DNA of 64,000 nt from an uncultured Verrucomicrobiae bacterium (GCA_963802515.1 CAWDIX010000002.1:566857-630856); one strand, 5' to 3'; shown: positions 44,462-53,922, counted from the first letter of the stretch. A program made the numbers and translations. The notes: generated by a model from the sequence alone, not told the origin.

Positions 44462-46921
44462 ATGAAATTGAATTTATCCGGATGTCTGGCGTTGGGCACA
44501 GTCCTGTTGCTGTCACGGGCCGGTTCCGCCGCGGAATTGCCGGACCACGGGTCAGCGCCCGGGAGCACAGTCATATCCGCCCGGACGGTAGAGGGCTTCG
44601 ATTTTGACTGGCGTTTCAGCCTTTGCGATTTTCCCACCGCCGCCATGCCGGCCTTTGACGATTCGGGCTGGCGCCAGGTAGATGTGCCCCACGATTGGAG
44701 CATCGCCGGGCCATTCAGCGCCGATTATGCCAGCGGCAACGGTTACGCGCCCGGCGGCATCGGCTGGTATCGCAAGCATTTTAAACTCGATCCGGCCCAA
44801 AAAGGCAGGCACGTCACCATTGAGTTCGACGGTGTTTATGATTTCTCCGAGGTCTGGATCAACGGCGTGTTTGTCGGCGCGCGGCCTTACGGCTACTCCA
44901 GCTTTGCGTATGACCTGACGCCTTATTTGAAGTTAGGCCTGGACGAAAACGTCATCGCGGTGCGCGTGGACCATTCGCGGTTCGCCGACTCGCGCTGGTA
45001 CACGGGCTCGGGCATCTACCGGCACGTGCGGCTGGTCGTGACCGGCCCGCTGCACATCGCCCATTGGGGCACTTATGTCACCACACCGATAGTTAAAGCC
45101 GATGAAGCCATCGTCCGAGTCGAAACCGCGGTCGAAAACGATTTAACTCAGGCAAAATCCTTTTCGCTGCAATCGGACATTCTTGGACCGGATGGCCGTG
45201 TCGTGGCGGGTTCGACCACAACAAAAACCACGGAGAGCGGAACGTCGCAGACTGTGATCCAAAAGTTCAAAGTCAGAAATCCGCAATTGTGGTCGCCGGA
45301 TTCCCCGACGCTCTACACGCTCCGCAGCCGGTTGATGGCCGGCGACGCAGTGGCTGACGAAACGACCACGGCCTTCGGTATCCGAACGGCCCGGTTTGAT
45401 CCTGACAAAGGATTTCTGCTCAATGGCCGGCCGCTGAGGCTCAAAGGCGTTTGCATTCATCATGACGCCGGCTGTCTCGGCGCGGCAGTGCCGGACAAGG
45501 TGCTGGAGCGGCGTCTGCGCCTGTTGAAAGACCTCGGCGTCAATGCCATCCGGACCAGCCATAATCCGCCGGCGCCGGAGCTGCTGGCCTTTTGCGATCG
45601 GCTGGGTTTGCTGGTTATGGACGAGGCCTTCGACGAATTCACGCCGTCCAAGAACAAATGGGTCCGTGGCCGGAACGTCGGGTTGCCGAGCCATTTTGGT
45701 TACGCCGAGGTGTTCAACCAGTGGTCGGTCACCGACATTCAGGACATGGTCCGCCGGGACCGGAACCATCCGTGCGTGATTCTCTGGAGCATTGGCAACG
45801 AGATTGATTACGCGAACGACCCGTTCACGGACCCGGTGCTGGGCGCCGAGTTTCAACCCGGAAATCCCCCGGCGCAGGACCTGGTCAAGTGCGCCACGCC
45901 GCTGATTGCCGCCGTGCATTCGCTGGACCGCACGCGTCCGGTGACCGCCGCGCTGGCGAATTTGCCCATGTCCGAAGCCGCCGGATTTCCTGAATTATTG
46001 GACGCCGTCGGCTACAACTATCAGGAATCGCGCTACGCCGCCGATCATAAAAAATTCCCCGAACGCATCATCTTCGGCAGTGAAAACCACCAGGCCTACG
46101 ACGCCTGGCTGGCGGTGCGGACGAACGATTACGTGGCCGGCCAGTTTCTTTGGACGGGCATTGATTATCTGGGCGAAGCCGGGGAATGGCCGAATCGCGC
46201 CAGCGGCGCCGGGTTGCTGGACCTGTGCGGATTCAAGAAACCGCTCGCCTGGTTCCGGCAAAGCCTCTGGAGCGACAAGCCGATGGTTTATCTCTGCGTC
46301 GCCGGTGGGAACCGCGCATTTGGCCGGCGCGGATTCGGTTTTGCCCCGATAGAAAGCTGGAACTGGCCGTCGAACGCCACGGTCTCCGTCCTTTGCTATG
46401 CGAATTGCCCCGAAGTCACGCTGACGCTCAATGACCGGGTCATCGGGACCAAGCATCTTTCGGACGCCATGAACGGCGCGTTGCGCTGGACAATTCCTTA
46501 CGAACCGGGCGTGCTCAAAGCCGTGGGCCGCGTCAACGGCAACGAAACTTGCAAATACGTGTTGAAGACGGCGGGGCCGGCCCGACGGATTGAATTGATA
46601 CCCGACGCGACCCGCCTCCAGGCCGACGGCAAGGACATCTGCCATCTGGAGTTTCAAGTCGTGGATGCCCAAGGCGTTCGCCTGCCGGACGCCAGCCCGG
46701 AAGTGACGTTTCAATTGACCGGTCCCGCAACTCTGCTTGGCATTGAGAATGGCGACCTGAACAGTCCGGAGCCGTATCAAGGCCCTGCTCGCAAAGCCTT
46801 TCATGGCCGTGGATTGGCCATTTTGGAATCCACGACTACCACCGGCAAAGTCGTGATCAAGGCCACTGCACCGGAACTTGAACCCGCCACCGTTGAATTG
46901 GAAACTGTGACCGGCAATTAG
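44462..46921 (+). CDS. glycoside hydrolase family 2 (beta-galactosidase/glucuronidase-like), secreted
   Basis: The ATG at 44462 gives the signal peptide MKLNLSGCLALGTVLLLSRAGSA. Then DDSGWRQVDVPHDWSI, WYRKHF, FDGVYDFSEVWINGVFVG, IRTSHNPP and WSIGNEI (acid/base region). Confidence 0.88.
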   Translation: MKLNLSGCLALGTVLLLSRAGSAAELPDHGSAPGSTVISARTVEGFDFDWRFSLCDFPTAAMPAFDDSGWRQVDVPHDWSIAGPFSADYASGNGYAPGGIGWYRKHFKLDPAQKGRHVTIEFDGVYDFSEVWINGVFVGARPYGYSSFAYDLTPYLKLGLDENVIAVRVDHSRFADSRWYTGSGIYRHVRLVVTGPLHIAHWGTYVTTPIVKADEAIVRVETAVENDLTQAKSFSLQSDILGPDGRVVAGSTTTKTTESGTSQTVIQKFKVRNPQLWSPDSPTLYTLRSRLMAGDAVADETTTAFGIRTARFDPDKGFLLNGRPLRLKGVCIHHDAGCLGAAVPDKVLERRLRLLKDLGVNAIRTSHNPPAPELLAFCDRLGLLVMDEAFDEFTPSKNKWVRGRNVGLPSHFGYAEVFNQWSVTDIQDMVRRDRNHPCVILWSIGNEIDYANDPFTDPVLGAEFQPGNPPAQDLVKCATPLIAAVHSLDRTRPVTAALANLPMSEAAGFPELLDAVGYNYQESRYAADHKKFPERIIFGSENHQAYDAWLAVRTNDYVAGQFLWTGIDYLGEAGEWPNRASGAGLLDLCGFKKPLAWFRQSLWSDKPMVYLCVAGGNRAFGRRGFGFAPIESWNWPSNATVSVLCYANCPEVTLTLNDRVIGTKHLSDAMNGALRWTIPYEPGVLKAVGRVNGNETCKYVLKTAGPARRIELIPDATRLQADGKDICHLEFQVVDAQGVRLPDASPEVTFQLTGPATLLGIENGDLNSPEPYQGPARKAFHGRGLAILESTTTTGKVVIKATAPELEPATVELETVTGN

Positions 46922-47047
46922 GACCGGTCTCGGATTTCCGCAACAATGCGAGGTCATCAAATTGAGTGGGGCGGCGTTTCAAAAACGGGCCTCCGTCGAA
47001 TGATTTTCTGTCACCCGAACATCCTTTTCAGGAACGTGTAGAGTGAT

Positions 47048-48538
47048 ATGATGACCATCAAGACCATGCCTGCAACGGAACAAAACGATGCCGAACTGGT
47101 GGCCGAAAGCCTGGACGGAAGCCGGGACGCTTTCCGCCGGATCGTTGAACGGTATCAAACCTTGATTTGCTCCCTGTCCTACAGCGCCACCGGCAACGTG
47201 AGCCGGAGCGAGGACATGGCCCAGGAAACATTCATCGCCGCGTGGAAACAGCTCCGCGCCTTGCGCGAGCCCGCCAAACTCCGGGCCTGGTTGTGCGGCA
47301 TCGCCCGCCATCGGATCCAAAAAAGCTTCGAGCGCGACGGACGCGAGCCGGCGCATAACGCCGCGCCTTTGGATGACGCGCACGATTCACCCGCCGTCGA
47401 AGCCCTCCCGTCCGAGCAAGCCATCACCCGCGAGGAAGAAGCCATTTTGTGGCGGTCGCTGGAAAAAATCCCCGAACTGTACCGCGAACCGCTCATCCTG
47501 TTTTACCGCGAACATCAATCCATCGAACACGTGGCGGTGGCCTTGGATTTGACCGAAGACGCCGTGAAACAACGGCTGTCGCGCGGGCGCAAACTGTTGC
47601 AGGACGAGGTGCAGACGTTTGTGGAAGGGGCCTTGCGCCGGACGGCACCCGGCCAGGCGTTTTCGGGCGCGGTGCTCGCGATGCTGCCGCTGGCCGCAGG
47701 CTCGGCGGCGACGGCCAGTGTGGGCGCGGGAGTGAAAGGTACCGCGGCGGCCAAATCGGGTTTCCTGGCCGCCTGGCTCCTGCCGTTGGCGCCGATTCTG
47801 GGAATCGCCGCCGGCGCCGGCGCACAATGCCTGATTGCCCGCTCCACGACCACCGATCGGAAAGAACAGGCCCAACAAAGCGCGGTGGTCATCGCATTCT
47901 GGGTCGTTTACCTGGGATTGGCCGCGTTGGGCGAATTCGCCATGCAGACTTTGGCGGTCCATTTTGGCTGGAACGATCGGACCCGATTTGTGACGGAAAT
48001 CGGTTTCTGGTGGCTGTTCGTCGTCGTCTCGATCGCCTTCATCAGTGTGGCCGTGCAATGGGCTACCGCCGCCCGCCGGGCGCGCGTTGACGCCGGTGAG
48101 CTTCCGCCGCCATCGACGACACCGTTGCCGCCGGGGAAACTCGCACTGGTGGTGGCCGGCACCTTTCTGCTGTTTGCCTGGGCGCCCCGGATGATGTGGG
48201 AGGCTCATGATGTCTGGGCCACCGGCTTTGCCGTCGGCACCATGCTCATGCTGGCGCTGTGGTCTTTCATCCGGCTGCGCGGCAAATCGGCCGCCGAGGT
48301 CGGGCCGGCGCTCGGTCGGCATATTAATCTGTTTGGGTTGATGATTCTGGCAATCTTCAACCTGCGCGCCAATGTTTGGGTCGCGCAGGCGTACGGCGTC
48401 AGCGTGGCCGAAGCGCACCACCTCCAACCCATCTGGATCATTCCCGTCCTCACCCTGGCCCTGATCGCCTGGACGGCCCTGATCCTCAATCTCACCAAAC
48501 CCAAACGCGGAGCTTTAACCGCGGATGGACGCGGTTGA
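47048..48538 (+). CDS. ECF sigma factor fused to a polytopic C-terminal membrane domain of about 300 aa
   Basis: Region 2: FRRIVERYQTLICSL...DMAQETFIAAWKQL. Region 4: YREPLILFYREHQSIEHVAVALDLTEDAVKQRLSRGRKLL. About eight hydrophobic segments follow. Confidence 0.85.
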   Translation: MMTIKTMPATEQNDAELVAESLDGSRDAFRRIVERYQTLICSLSYSATGNVSRSEDMAQETFIAAWKQLRALREPAKLRAWLCGIARHRIQKSFERDGREPAHNAAPLDDAHDSPAVEALPSEQAITREEEAILWRSLEKIPELYREPLILFYREHQSIEHVAVALDLTEDAVKQRLSRGRKLLQDEVQTFVEGALRRTAPGQAFSGAVLAMLPLAAGSAATASVGAGVKGTAAAKSGFLAAWLLPLAPILGIAAGAGAQCLIARSTTTDRKEQAQQSAVVIAFWVVYLGLAALGEFAMQTLAVHFGWNDRTRFVTEIGFWWLFVVVSIAFISVAVQWATAARRARVDAGELPPPSTTPLPPGKLALVVAGTFLLFAWAPRMMWEAHDVWATGFAVGTMLMLALWSFIRLRGKSAAEVGPALGRHINLFGLMILAIFNLRANVWVAQAYGVSVAEAHHLQPIWIIPVLTLALIAWTALILNLTKPKRGALTADGRG

Positions 48539-48652
48539 ACACGGATTCATTTCCACAGAAGAAAAAAGGTAACAAAGGTTGAAAACGACCTGCCGCGTGA
48601 GCCATGGTTTTTACGCGACTTCATTCCCTTCGTTTGCTTCTGTGATCTATGC

Positions 48653-49471
48653 TCACCCGCGCTGCCGATTCGCTTCGTAAAGAAAAATCCCCGTGGCGAC
48701 GGCCACGTTCAGGGAATTCATGTGACTCGGCATCGGGATTTCCACCATGTCGTCGCACTCCGCCAGCACGGCTGCTGTCAGGCCCGGTCCTTCGGCGCCG
48801 AACACCAGGCAACAGTCACCCCGCAAATCCACGGCAGACAGCTTTTTTGCCCCGGGCCGGGGATGCGCCGCCAGACATCGCACGCCCTGCGCTCGCAACG
48901 ACGTCAGTTTCTCCACCAGGTCATCCACGTGGATCAACGGTTGTTCGAAAGTGGTGCCCATGGAACCGGAAACCGCGCGGCGCTGGAACGGACTGCCGCA
49001 CGTCTCGCCCACAATCAGAAAATGCACGCCAAAAGCCGCGCAGTTCCGGACCACCGCACCCAGATTCTCCGCGCTGGCAATGCCCTCGACGGCGGCGAGC
49101 AGCATCGGACGCGGTGAATTTTTCAGGAGCGTTTCGAAATCCTGCTGCGGCGGGATTTTGGCCACGGCCAGCGCGCCCTGATGCAACTGGTAGCCGGTGA
49201 TGGTTTCCAGCAGCTTCCGTTCGCCGACATAGACGCAAATCTCCGGTTCCGGCCGTGCGCGCAACAACGGTTCGAGTTGCTCCAGCCACGCGGGCGTGAG
49301 CAACGCGGACACGACGGTGTACCGGCTCGCCAGCAACCGCTTGACCACCTTGATATTGGTGGCCACCAACACGCCGGCCCGCTCGTGTTCCTCGACCCGG
49401 CGGAGGGTGCAATACAAAGCCAGCTCCGGCGAATTGAGAGATTGGATCGGTTGGATGCGCAAATTCGCCAC
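48653..49471 (-). CDS. SpoU/TrmH-family RNA 2'-O-methyltransferase
   Basis: ENLGAVVRNCAAFGV...CLVFGAEGPGLT...EIPMPSHMNSLNVAVATGIFLYE. GTG start. Confidence 0.85.
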   Translation of the reverse strand: MANLRIQPIQSLNSPELALYCTLRRVEEHERAGVLVATNIKVVKRLLASRYTVVSALLTPAWLEQLEPLLRARPEPEICVYVGERKLLETITGYQLHQGALAVAKIPPQQDFETLLKNSPRPMLLAAVEGIASAENLGAVVRNCAAFGVHFLIVGETCGSPFQRRAVSGSMGTTFEQPLIHVDDLVEKLTSLRAQGVRCLAAHPRPGAKKLSAVDLRGDCCLVFGAEGPGLTAAVLAECDDMVEIPMPSHMNSLNVAVATGIFLYEANRQRG

Positions 49472-49539
49472 ACCGGGATTAAAGCCCGCAACCGCGGCAA
49501 TGAAAAGCGTGAAGGCGCGGAACCTCTGACACAGATTCC

Positions 49540-49700
49540 ACGAATTATCACCAATTCAACTGCGCTGAAGGCGCTACGGAATTTAGCCCAGGGTTGGAAC
49601 GCAGTGACTACCCTGGGTAATCGCGCCACAAAATAATTCCTTCTCCCATCGGATGGGAGAAGGTGGTCCCGCAGTGCGGGATCGGATGAGGGTCGTCACC
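49540..49700. repeat. left copy of a composite multi-hairpin repeat of about 150 bp
   Basis: Contains the hairpins gcgctgaaggcgc, cccagggttggaacgcagtgactaccctggg, cttctcccatcggatgggagaag and cccgcagtgcggg. It aligns at roughly 75 percent by eye with the reverse complement of 51741-51888. Confidence 0.8.
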
Positions 49701-49781
49701 ATAAATGCGCAGTGGAGACGCGTTTGTTCAACAAACATCTTGACGATTCTCTGGCTGCGCGCCAAAGACTCAGGGACACAA

Positions 49782-50855
49782 ATGGCCATGAAGTGGAACC
49801 GCGTCGGCTTGAGCCTGCCGTTGATGATTTTGTTGTCCTTGATCATCGAGGTCTCCTGCCTGCCTGCGTTTGCATTTGAGGACGGTTACCTCCCGCTCTC
49901 CAAAGCCGAAATCGCAACATCGTTTCCCCTGAAATTCCACGGCACGTTAGGTCCCGAACACATTATCAAAACGCTGCCAGCCGGTCCATCTGGGCTCACA
50001 GTTTCAACAAATCAAAACGGAGACCTCGTATTCACCGGAAACGACAAGCTACAGAAGAAATGGACAATCGCAATTTGCAGTGAAGGATTGAGTATTCCAT
50101 ATTACGTTTTCACTTCGGACCTCGACCACAACGGAACACTCGATCTTATCCTGGTTTGTGGAACCGGCGGCTGCGGCTTGGCCCCATCGTCACACATTCT
50201 ATGCTTCCTTTTCGATGCGAGCGGACGGCCAGTCCCCTTCACCGTCGATGGCTATTTCGACTACGATGAGCATGGCATTCGTGATTTGGTGGACTTTGAC
50301 GGAGATGGAAAAGCCGATCTCGTTTACATGAACTACGATGACGGCTATTGGATCACCAGTCTCTACCAAGCAAGAAATGGACACTGGCAAAAACTCCAAG
50401 GGCGTTGTGGGAGCCAGATTTTTCCCATCCACACTCGGTTTACCAACCGTGACAACCACACCCCAGTCACCCCAAAGAGTGGACGCCACCCCTTCGCTCC
50501 AGACCTATCAAACGCAGATTCTGCAACTCACGGCCGTCTTCTTGGTTACCGATGGGCCAACGTTAATCAGTCAGAAGATATTCAACTCAAAATAAAAACC
50601 TCCCGCGACGAAACAGTAATTTGCAAGCCTGTTTCGTGGTATTCGACATTTAGTGTCGTCTTGGACGAGCCCAACGGCCGCCAGATTGTATCGCTCTCGG
50701 CAAACGAAAAGTCAGTGAGAACACTTCTCAACAAAATCGTTGCGGCAAACTGCACAGTCGCCCTTTTCGGCCAAAGGCGCCCCAACTCTCCAAGCCCTGA
50801 ACTCCTCTGGGCCGTTCCACAGTCAAAGGACACTCAAATCTCGCCACCCAGGTAA
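49782..50855 (+). CDS. secreted FG-GAP/VCBS-like repeat protein (hypothetical)
   Basis: The ATG at 49782 gives MAMKWNRVGLSLPLMILLSLIIEVSCLPAFA. Calcium-loop-like repeats: DLDHNGTLDLILV and DFDGDGKADLVYM. AT-richer than the flanks. Confidence 0.6.
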   Translation: MAMKWNRVGLSLPLMILLSLIIEVSCLPAFAFEDGYLPLSKAEIATSFPLKFHGTLGPEHIIKTLPAGPSGLTVSTNQNGDLVFTGNDKLQKKWTIAICSEGLSIPYYVFTSDLDHNGTLDLILVCGTGGCGLAPSSHILCFLFDASGRPVPFTVDGYFDYDEHGIRDLVDFDGDGKADLVYMNYDDGYWITSLYQARNGHWQKLQGRCGSQIFPIHTRFTNRDNHTPVTPKSGRHPFAPDLSNADSATHGRLLGYRWANVNQSEDIQLKIKTSRDETVICKPVSWYSTFSVVLDEPNGRQIVSLSANEKSVRTLLNKIVAANCTVALFGQRRPNSPSPELLWAVPQSKDTQISPPR

Positions 50856-50913
50856 ACAGGCCAACAATTACAAAAATGTGTCAGTCCCGGCTATTGTAGA
50901 ATTTCCCTCGACC

Positions 50914-51591
50914 TCAGGCCGCGTGCGAGCCGTCGCAGAAGGGCTTGTTGTTCGAGGCGCCGCAGCGGCACAACGTCACTCGATTCCGAACCTCATAGGC
51001 TTTGCCATCGGCGGAAATCACCGGGATGCCGCCTTTAACCCAGATCGGGCCGCTCACCTTCTTGTCCGTGTCCTCGATCAACCCGAGCGACGGTTCAAAT
51101 TTCGGTTCGATGGCTTTGCCCGTTTTCTTGTCCCATACCACCAGCCGGCCAGCCGGACAATGCGCAGCCTCAAACTCTGTCAGACGCCGGGCTTCGGGAT
51201 CGTCGGATTGTTTGACCAGGTTCCAGATCCTCCCTTTCGGGTCGCAGAACCGGGCAAAGGCGCAAAGGCCCTCGGCGTCAGTCAGATTCAGAGTCGGCCC
51301 TTCGATGGTCTTGGCCTGCTTCAAGTAAGGCTGGTGGCTGGCGGTCTCGGTCCCGTCAAACTTAACCTTCTGGTGGCTGCCATCGCAGAACGGTTTGTTG
51401 CCGGAGTGACCGCATCGGCACAGCGCATATTGTTGCGGCGACGGATGCTTCTTGCCTTCCCGATAATCGAGCGAATCGCCCTCGGCATTGGTGACAATCC
51501 ATTGCTCGCTGAGCGGCAAGCCGCCGGTGACAAGGTAGGGACCGTCCCTGGTGACTTCGATTTTCGCGTTCGGCTGTTCGTTCATTTTCAT
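50914..51591 (-). CDS. CDGSH-type iron-sulfur domain protein (two CDGSH motifs)
   Basis: CRCGHSGNKPFCDGSH and CRCGASNNKPFCDGSH. The ATG at 51591 is preferred (MKMNEQPNAKIEVTRDGPYLV). Confidence 0.8.
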   Translation of the reverse strand: MKMNEQPNAKIEVTRDGPYLVTGGLPLSEQWIVTNAEGDSLDYREGKKHPSPQQYALCRCGHSGNKPFCDGSHQKVKFDGTETASHQPYLKQAKTIEGPTLNLTDAEGLCAFARFCDPKGRIWNLVKQSDDPEARRLTEFEAAHCPAGRLVVWDKKTGKAIEPKFEPSLGLIEDTDKKVSGPIWVKGGIPVISADGKAYEVRNRVTLCRCGASNNKPFCDGSHAA

Positions 51592-51740
51592 GGCAAATCT
51601 CTTTCTTTGCAGGAGACGAGGCCTGCCGGGTCGCAGCTTCGACGCGAACACCGGTGACGATTCTCTATTCTTTTGGAACTCTCAACACCCAATCAACCTC
51701 GATGGACCGCACCTGTCAATCCCGACTTGGTGGAAACCTG

Positions 51741-51888
51741 GGTTGTCACCTCATCCGGCCTCCGGCCACCTTCTCCCCAGAGCGGAGAAGGAATTTTATG
51801 TGGACGCTCACCCGGGGTAGTCGCGCTGCTTCAACCCCGGGCTAATTTCCTTTACGCCTTCAGCGTATTTTAATTCGTTCTAATTCGT
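51741..51888. repeat. right (inverted) copy of the composite multi-hairpin repeat
   Basis: Its reverse complement reads acgaattagaacgaattaaaatacgctgaaggcgtaaaggaaattagcccggggttgaagcagcgcgactaccccgggtgagcg...ttccttctccgctctggggagaaggtgg..., collinear with 49540-49700. Confidence 0.8.
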
Positions 51889-52002
51889 GTCAGCTTTTAC
51901 TGCGTCTTTGCGTCTCTGCGTTGAAATTTTTCGCGTGGTTCGTGTATTTCGTGGTTTCAGCCGGAAACCGGTGCCCGTCTCTCAACCCTCAACCCTCAAC
52001 TC

Positions 52003-53922
52003 TCAACTACCGCTCGGTAACGCCGCTGCCTTGATTGCGGTCAGTTCTTCCCATCGGGCATAGAGCTTTGCGAGGGTTTCCTTTGCGGCGGCGAGGTCGG
52101 CCACCAGCTGGTTCGTTTGCGTGGCGTGGGTGCGATGAAAATCCGGCGAGGCGAACAGCCCTTCGATACGGGCAATTTCCGCGTCCACAGCGTGTATCTT
52201 CGCTTCCATCCCTTCCAGTTCGCGCGCTTCCGCGAATGAGAGTTTGCGGGGCTTTGCGGGTTTCGCTGCCTTCGTAGCGGCGACTCGGGAGAGCGCCGCT
52301 GTTTTATTAAAAGCTAAGATGGCGGCGCTCTGCCGAGTCGCCGCTACAACCTGCCGTTGTTTTTTCTCCAGGTAATAATCGTAGTCGCCGACGCTGTGGT
52401 GGATTTTTTCGTCGCCTTCAAAAGCGAGGATGTCGGTGCAAACGCGGTTGAGAAAATAGCGGTCGTGGCTTACGACGCACACCACGCCGGGGAACGCAAT
52501 CAGCGCCTCCTCCAGCACCCGCAACGTCGGCAGGTCCAAATCATTCGTCGGCTCGTCGAGGATGAGGAAGTTGCCGCCGTTTTTCAGGATGCGCGCGAGC
52601 AACAGCCGGCTGCGTTCCCCGCCGGAAATCTTTTTGACCTGCGTCAGGATGCGTTCGTCAGCGAACAGGAAGCGCTTCAGGTACGAGCGCACGGAGATTT
52701 TCGATTCGCCCCAGATGACAAACTCCGTGCCGTCGGACGCCTCTTCCAGCACCGTGTGCTCGTCGTTCAATTGCAGGCGGCTCTGGTCCACGTAATTGAA
52801 CTTCGTAAGCTGGCCAGCCTTCACCGTGCCTTCCGTCGGTGCGACCTCGCCGAGGATGATTTTCAACAGCGTGGTTTTGCCCAGGCCGTTCCGGCCGCAG
52901 ACGCCCACGCGTTTGCCATTCTCGAAGGTGAAATTGAATCCGCGAAACAAGGTGCGCCCGCCGAGGTCCATGCCCACATTGGCCAACTCCACCGTGCGAT
53001 TGCCCAGTTGCGGCGGCGGCGGGATGACCAGTTCCATGTCCTCCTCAATCACCGGCCCGTCCTGGGCCGCGGTTTCGTAGTAACGCTCGAAACGGTCCTT
53101 CTGTTTGCTGCGTTGGGCGCGCGGGCCTTGCCGCACCCACGCCAGTTCCTTTTTCAGAAACATCTGCCGCTTGTGCTCGATCACCGCGTCAGCGGCCTGG
53201 CGCTCGGCCTTGTCGAGCAGGTAATCGGTGTAATTGCCGTCGTGCCACCAGAACCGTCCGTCGCTCAACTCGACGATGCGGCCCACCACGCGGTCGAGGA
53301 AATAGCGGTCGTGCGTCACCACGATGAACGTGCCGCTGAAGTTTTCGAGAAATTCCGCGACCCACTCGATGGATTCCGGGTCGAGATGGTTCGTCGGCTC
53401 GTCGAGCATCAGGCAATCCGGGCGCGAAACAATGGCCCGCGCCAGCGCCACGCGCCGTTTCTCGCCGCCGGAAAGCGTTTCGATGCGGCGCGCGCCGTCC
53501 GGACAATTCAGGTGCGAGAGCGCCGTCTCGATGCGTTGATCGAGCGTCCAGCCTTCGAGCGATTGGATGCGATGTTCCAGTTCCTCATGCCGTTTCGAGT
53601 CATGCGGCAACGCTTCAAATTCCGCGATGAGGTCGAGCACGTGTTTCGCTCCTGCGCGCACATTGCCGCGCACGTCGAGCGCCGGATCGAGCGTGAAATC
53701 CTGCGAAAGATAACTCACCACCAGGTCCCGCCGCCGCGTGACGGTGCCCGAATCCGGCGATTGCAGTCCGGCGAGGATTTTCAGGAACGTCGTTTTGCCG
53801 CTGCCGTTGCGACCGACCAGCCCGATGCGTTGTCCCTCGTCAACCGCAAGTGTCGCACGGTCGAGCACCACGCGGTCGCCGTAGCGCACGGTCAATTCGG
53901 TGGCGTTGAGGATGGTGGACAT
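52003..53922 (-). CDS. ABC-F family ATPase (Uup/EttA-like, two ABC domains, C-terminal coiled coil)
   Basis: The ATG at 53922 is followed by GLVGRNGSGKTTFLK and GVCGRNGLGKTTLLK (Walker A twice), and LSGGEKRRVALA and ISGGERSRLLLA (signatures). There is no TM domain. Confidence 0.92.
   Translation of the reverse strand: MSTILNATELTVRYGDRVVLDRATLAVDEGQRIGLVGRNGSGKTTFLKILAGLQSPDSGTVTRRRDLVVSYLSQDFTLDPALDVRGNVRAGAKHVLDLIAEFEALPHDSKRHEELEHRIQSLEGWTLDQRIETALSHLNCPDGARRIETLSGGEKRRVALARAIVSRPDCLMLDEPTNHLDPESIEWVAEFLENFSGTFIVVTHDRYFLDRVVGRIVELSDGRFWWHDGNYTDYLLDKAERQAADAVIEHKRQMFLKKELAWVRQGPRAQRSKQKDRFERYYETAAQDGPVIEEDMELVIPPPPQLGNRTVELANVGMDLGGRTLFRGFNFTFENGKRVGVCGRNGLGKTTLLKIILGEVAPTEGTVKAGQLTKFNYVDQSRLQLNDEHTVLEEASDGTEFVIWGESKISVRSYLKRFLFADERILTQVKKISGGERSRLLLARILKNGGNFLILDEPTNDLDLPTLRVLEEALIAFPGVVCVVSHDRYFLNRVCTDILAFEGDEKIHHSVGDYDYYLEKKQRQVVAATRQSAAILAFNKTAALSRVAATKAAKPAKPRKLSFAEARELEGMEAKIHAVDAEIARIEGLFASPDFHRTHATQTNQLVADLAAAKETLAKLYARWEELTAIKAAALPSGS
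52274..52347. repeat. 26-bp-arm palindromic element (family P2) inside the ABC-F coding sequence
   Basis: gtagcggcgactcgggagagcgccgc - 22-nt AT-rich loop - gcggcgctctgccgagtcgccgctac (one mismatch between arms). On the minus strand it is translated in frame as ...VVAATRQSAAILAFNKTAALSRVAAT... Confidence 0.85.

Noticed and set aside
45143-46960. Minus-strand ORFs 45143..45919 and 45995..46960.
   Set aside because: They are antisense to the GH2 glycosidase gene.
47387-48427. 346-aa minus-strand ORF and several shorter ones.
   Set aside because: They are antisense to the sigma-membrane fusion gene and have Arg/Gly/Pro-rich shadow composition.
51981-52010. Four tandem heptamers (ctcaacc/ctcaact) at the ABC-F stop, and a short cgattggcgattggcgatttacgattg repeat at 21036-21060.
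   Set aside because: These are very short, low-complexity microsatellite-like runs. They resemble generic intergenic filler in this genome type and offer no evidence of function.
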